The position numbers and the translations under genes were made by a program. The notes beneath the pieces were generated by a model. That model was not told the origin of the DNA. It made no database searches and saw nothing but the letters and a program-made list of their open reading frames with translations. DNA of 64,000 bases from Squalus acanthias. Its lineage: Eukaryota. Below are positions 63,032-64,000 of this stretch, in pieces. Within the stretch, counting starts at the first letter, position 1. Every line of letters begins with the position of its first letter. Location: the NCBI GenBank assembly GCA_030390025.1, contig CM059432.1:16680001-16744000 (forward strand), in the 5' to 3' direction.

Positions 63032-64000
63032 CCTCTGTTCAAGACAGATCTTGGGGCAGGGAAGGATAAACCAGGTGCCTATAGATCAGCGAGTCTAAAG
63101 TCAGTTGTGGGCAAATTCTTAGAATTCATAATTTGAAATCAGATTAATAACCATTTGGAGATGCACGGGATAATCAAGAGCAACCAGTATCAATTTTTAA
63201 AAAGGCAAGTCTTGTTTGACAAATATAAGACTTTTTGGAAGAAGTGACAGATTGCATGCGTGCAGATATACACACACACACACACATATAGATTTTGAGA
63301 GTACGTTCAATGAGGTTTCTTAGAAAAACTGCAAGTGTGTTATAAAAGGAAACAGGAACAGGAGTAGGCCATTCAGCCCCTCGAACCTGTTCCACCATTC
63401 AATGATATCATTGCTCATCTGTATCTTAACTTCATCCACCTGCCTTGGCTCCATATCCTTTTATACCTTTGTCTAGCAAAAATATGTAGTAGCATGGACA
63501 GAAAGATGGCAGATTAACAGATACGAAATGGTTAATGGGCATTGTCAAATTGAAGGAGGGTTGGAAGTGGTGTACCCCAGGAGTCGGTGCTCAATAATAT
63601 ATAGACGAATGATCTGAACTTGTACATAGAGAGCAGGGTGTAGAAGAAGCCATATAAAAAAGGCCATTAGCATTTTGGATTTTATAAATAGGGTCATAGA
63701 GTACAAGAGCAAACGGATTATGACATTTGGACAAGGCAATGATTTGGCCACAGTTGTACTGTGTGCATTTTTGAGCACTCTGTTATAGAAGGGGCATTAA
63801 AGCCATAAATTCACCAGGATGATACCAGGGAGAAAATATAGTTAGTAGAAAAGCATTGAGATATGAGGACAAGTTTTCTGGAGCAGAGAAGGCTAAGCAA
63901 CTAAGCGAGCAATTGTGCTTAGACAGAAGAGGTACGTAGCGTCAACTGTTCACGACCATTCCAAGTGTCAGAGTTCCATGAGATCATTACTGATCTGATG

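Noticed and set aside
63269..63290. (CA)n tract
   Set aside because: Short, ordinary microsatellite.

Overview
Eukaryotic, repeat-rich vertebrate DNA; the repeat repertoire (SacSINE1-like DeuSINE, abundant CR1/L2, Penelope elements) points to a cartilaginous fish, probably a shark (inference). The whole window lies inside the PTK2 (focal adhesion kinase, FAK) gene on the minus strand. Six FERM-domain coding exons (88, 80, 63, 55, 141 and 78 nt, all AG/GT bounded) splice into one open frame; none appears in the ORF track. The introns hold a full-length Tigger/pogo transposon with an open DD32D transposase plus its MITEs, a Penelope element whose ORF lacks the GIY-YIG core, several minimal hammerhead-ribozyme insertions, a solo LTR, a truncated provirus with a tRNA-Arg PBS, a single-ORF LINE apparently headed by a tRNA-like sequence, and many CR1/L2/RTE/L1 fragments. 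Most notable: (i) a ~655-bp near-identical inverted copy of PTK2 intron sandwiched between two LINE 3' ends; (ii) a candidate 98-nt poison exon whose 5' splice site is buried in a long hairpin; (iii) the tRNA-headed LINE. All comparisons were made by eye, and boundaries of degenerate repeats are approximate.
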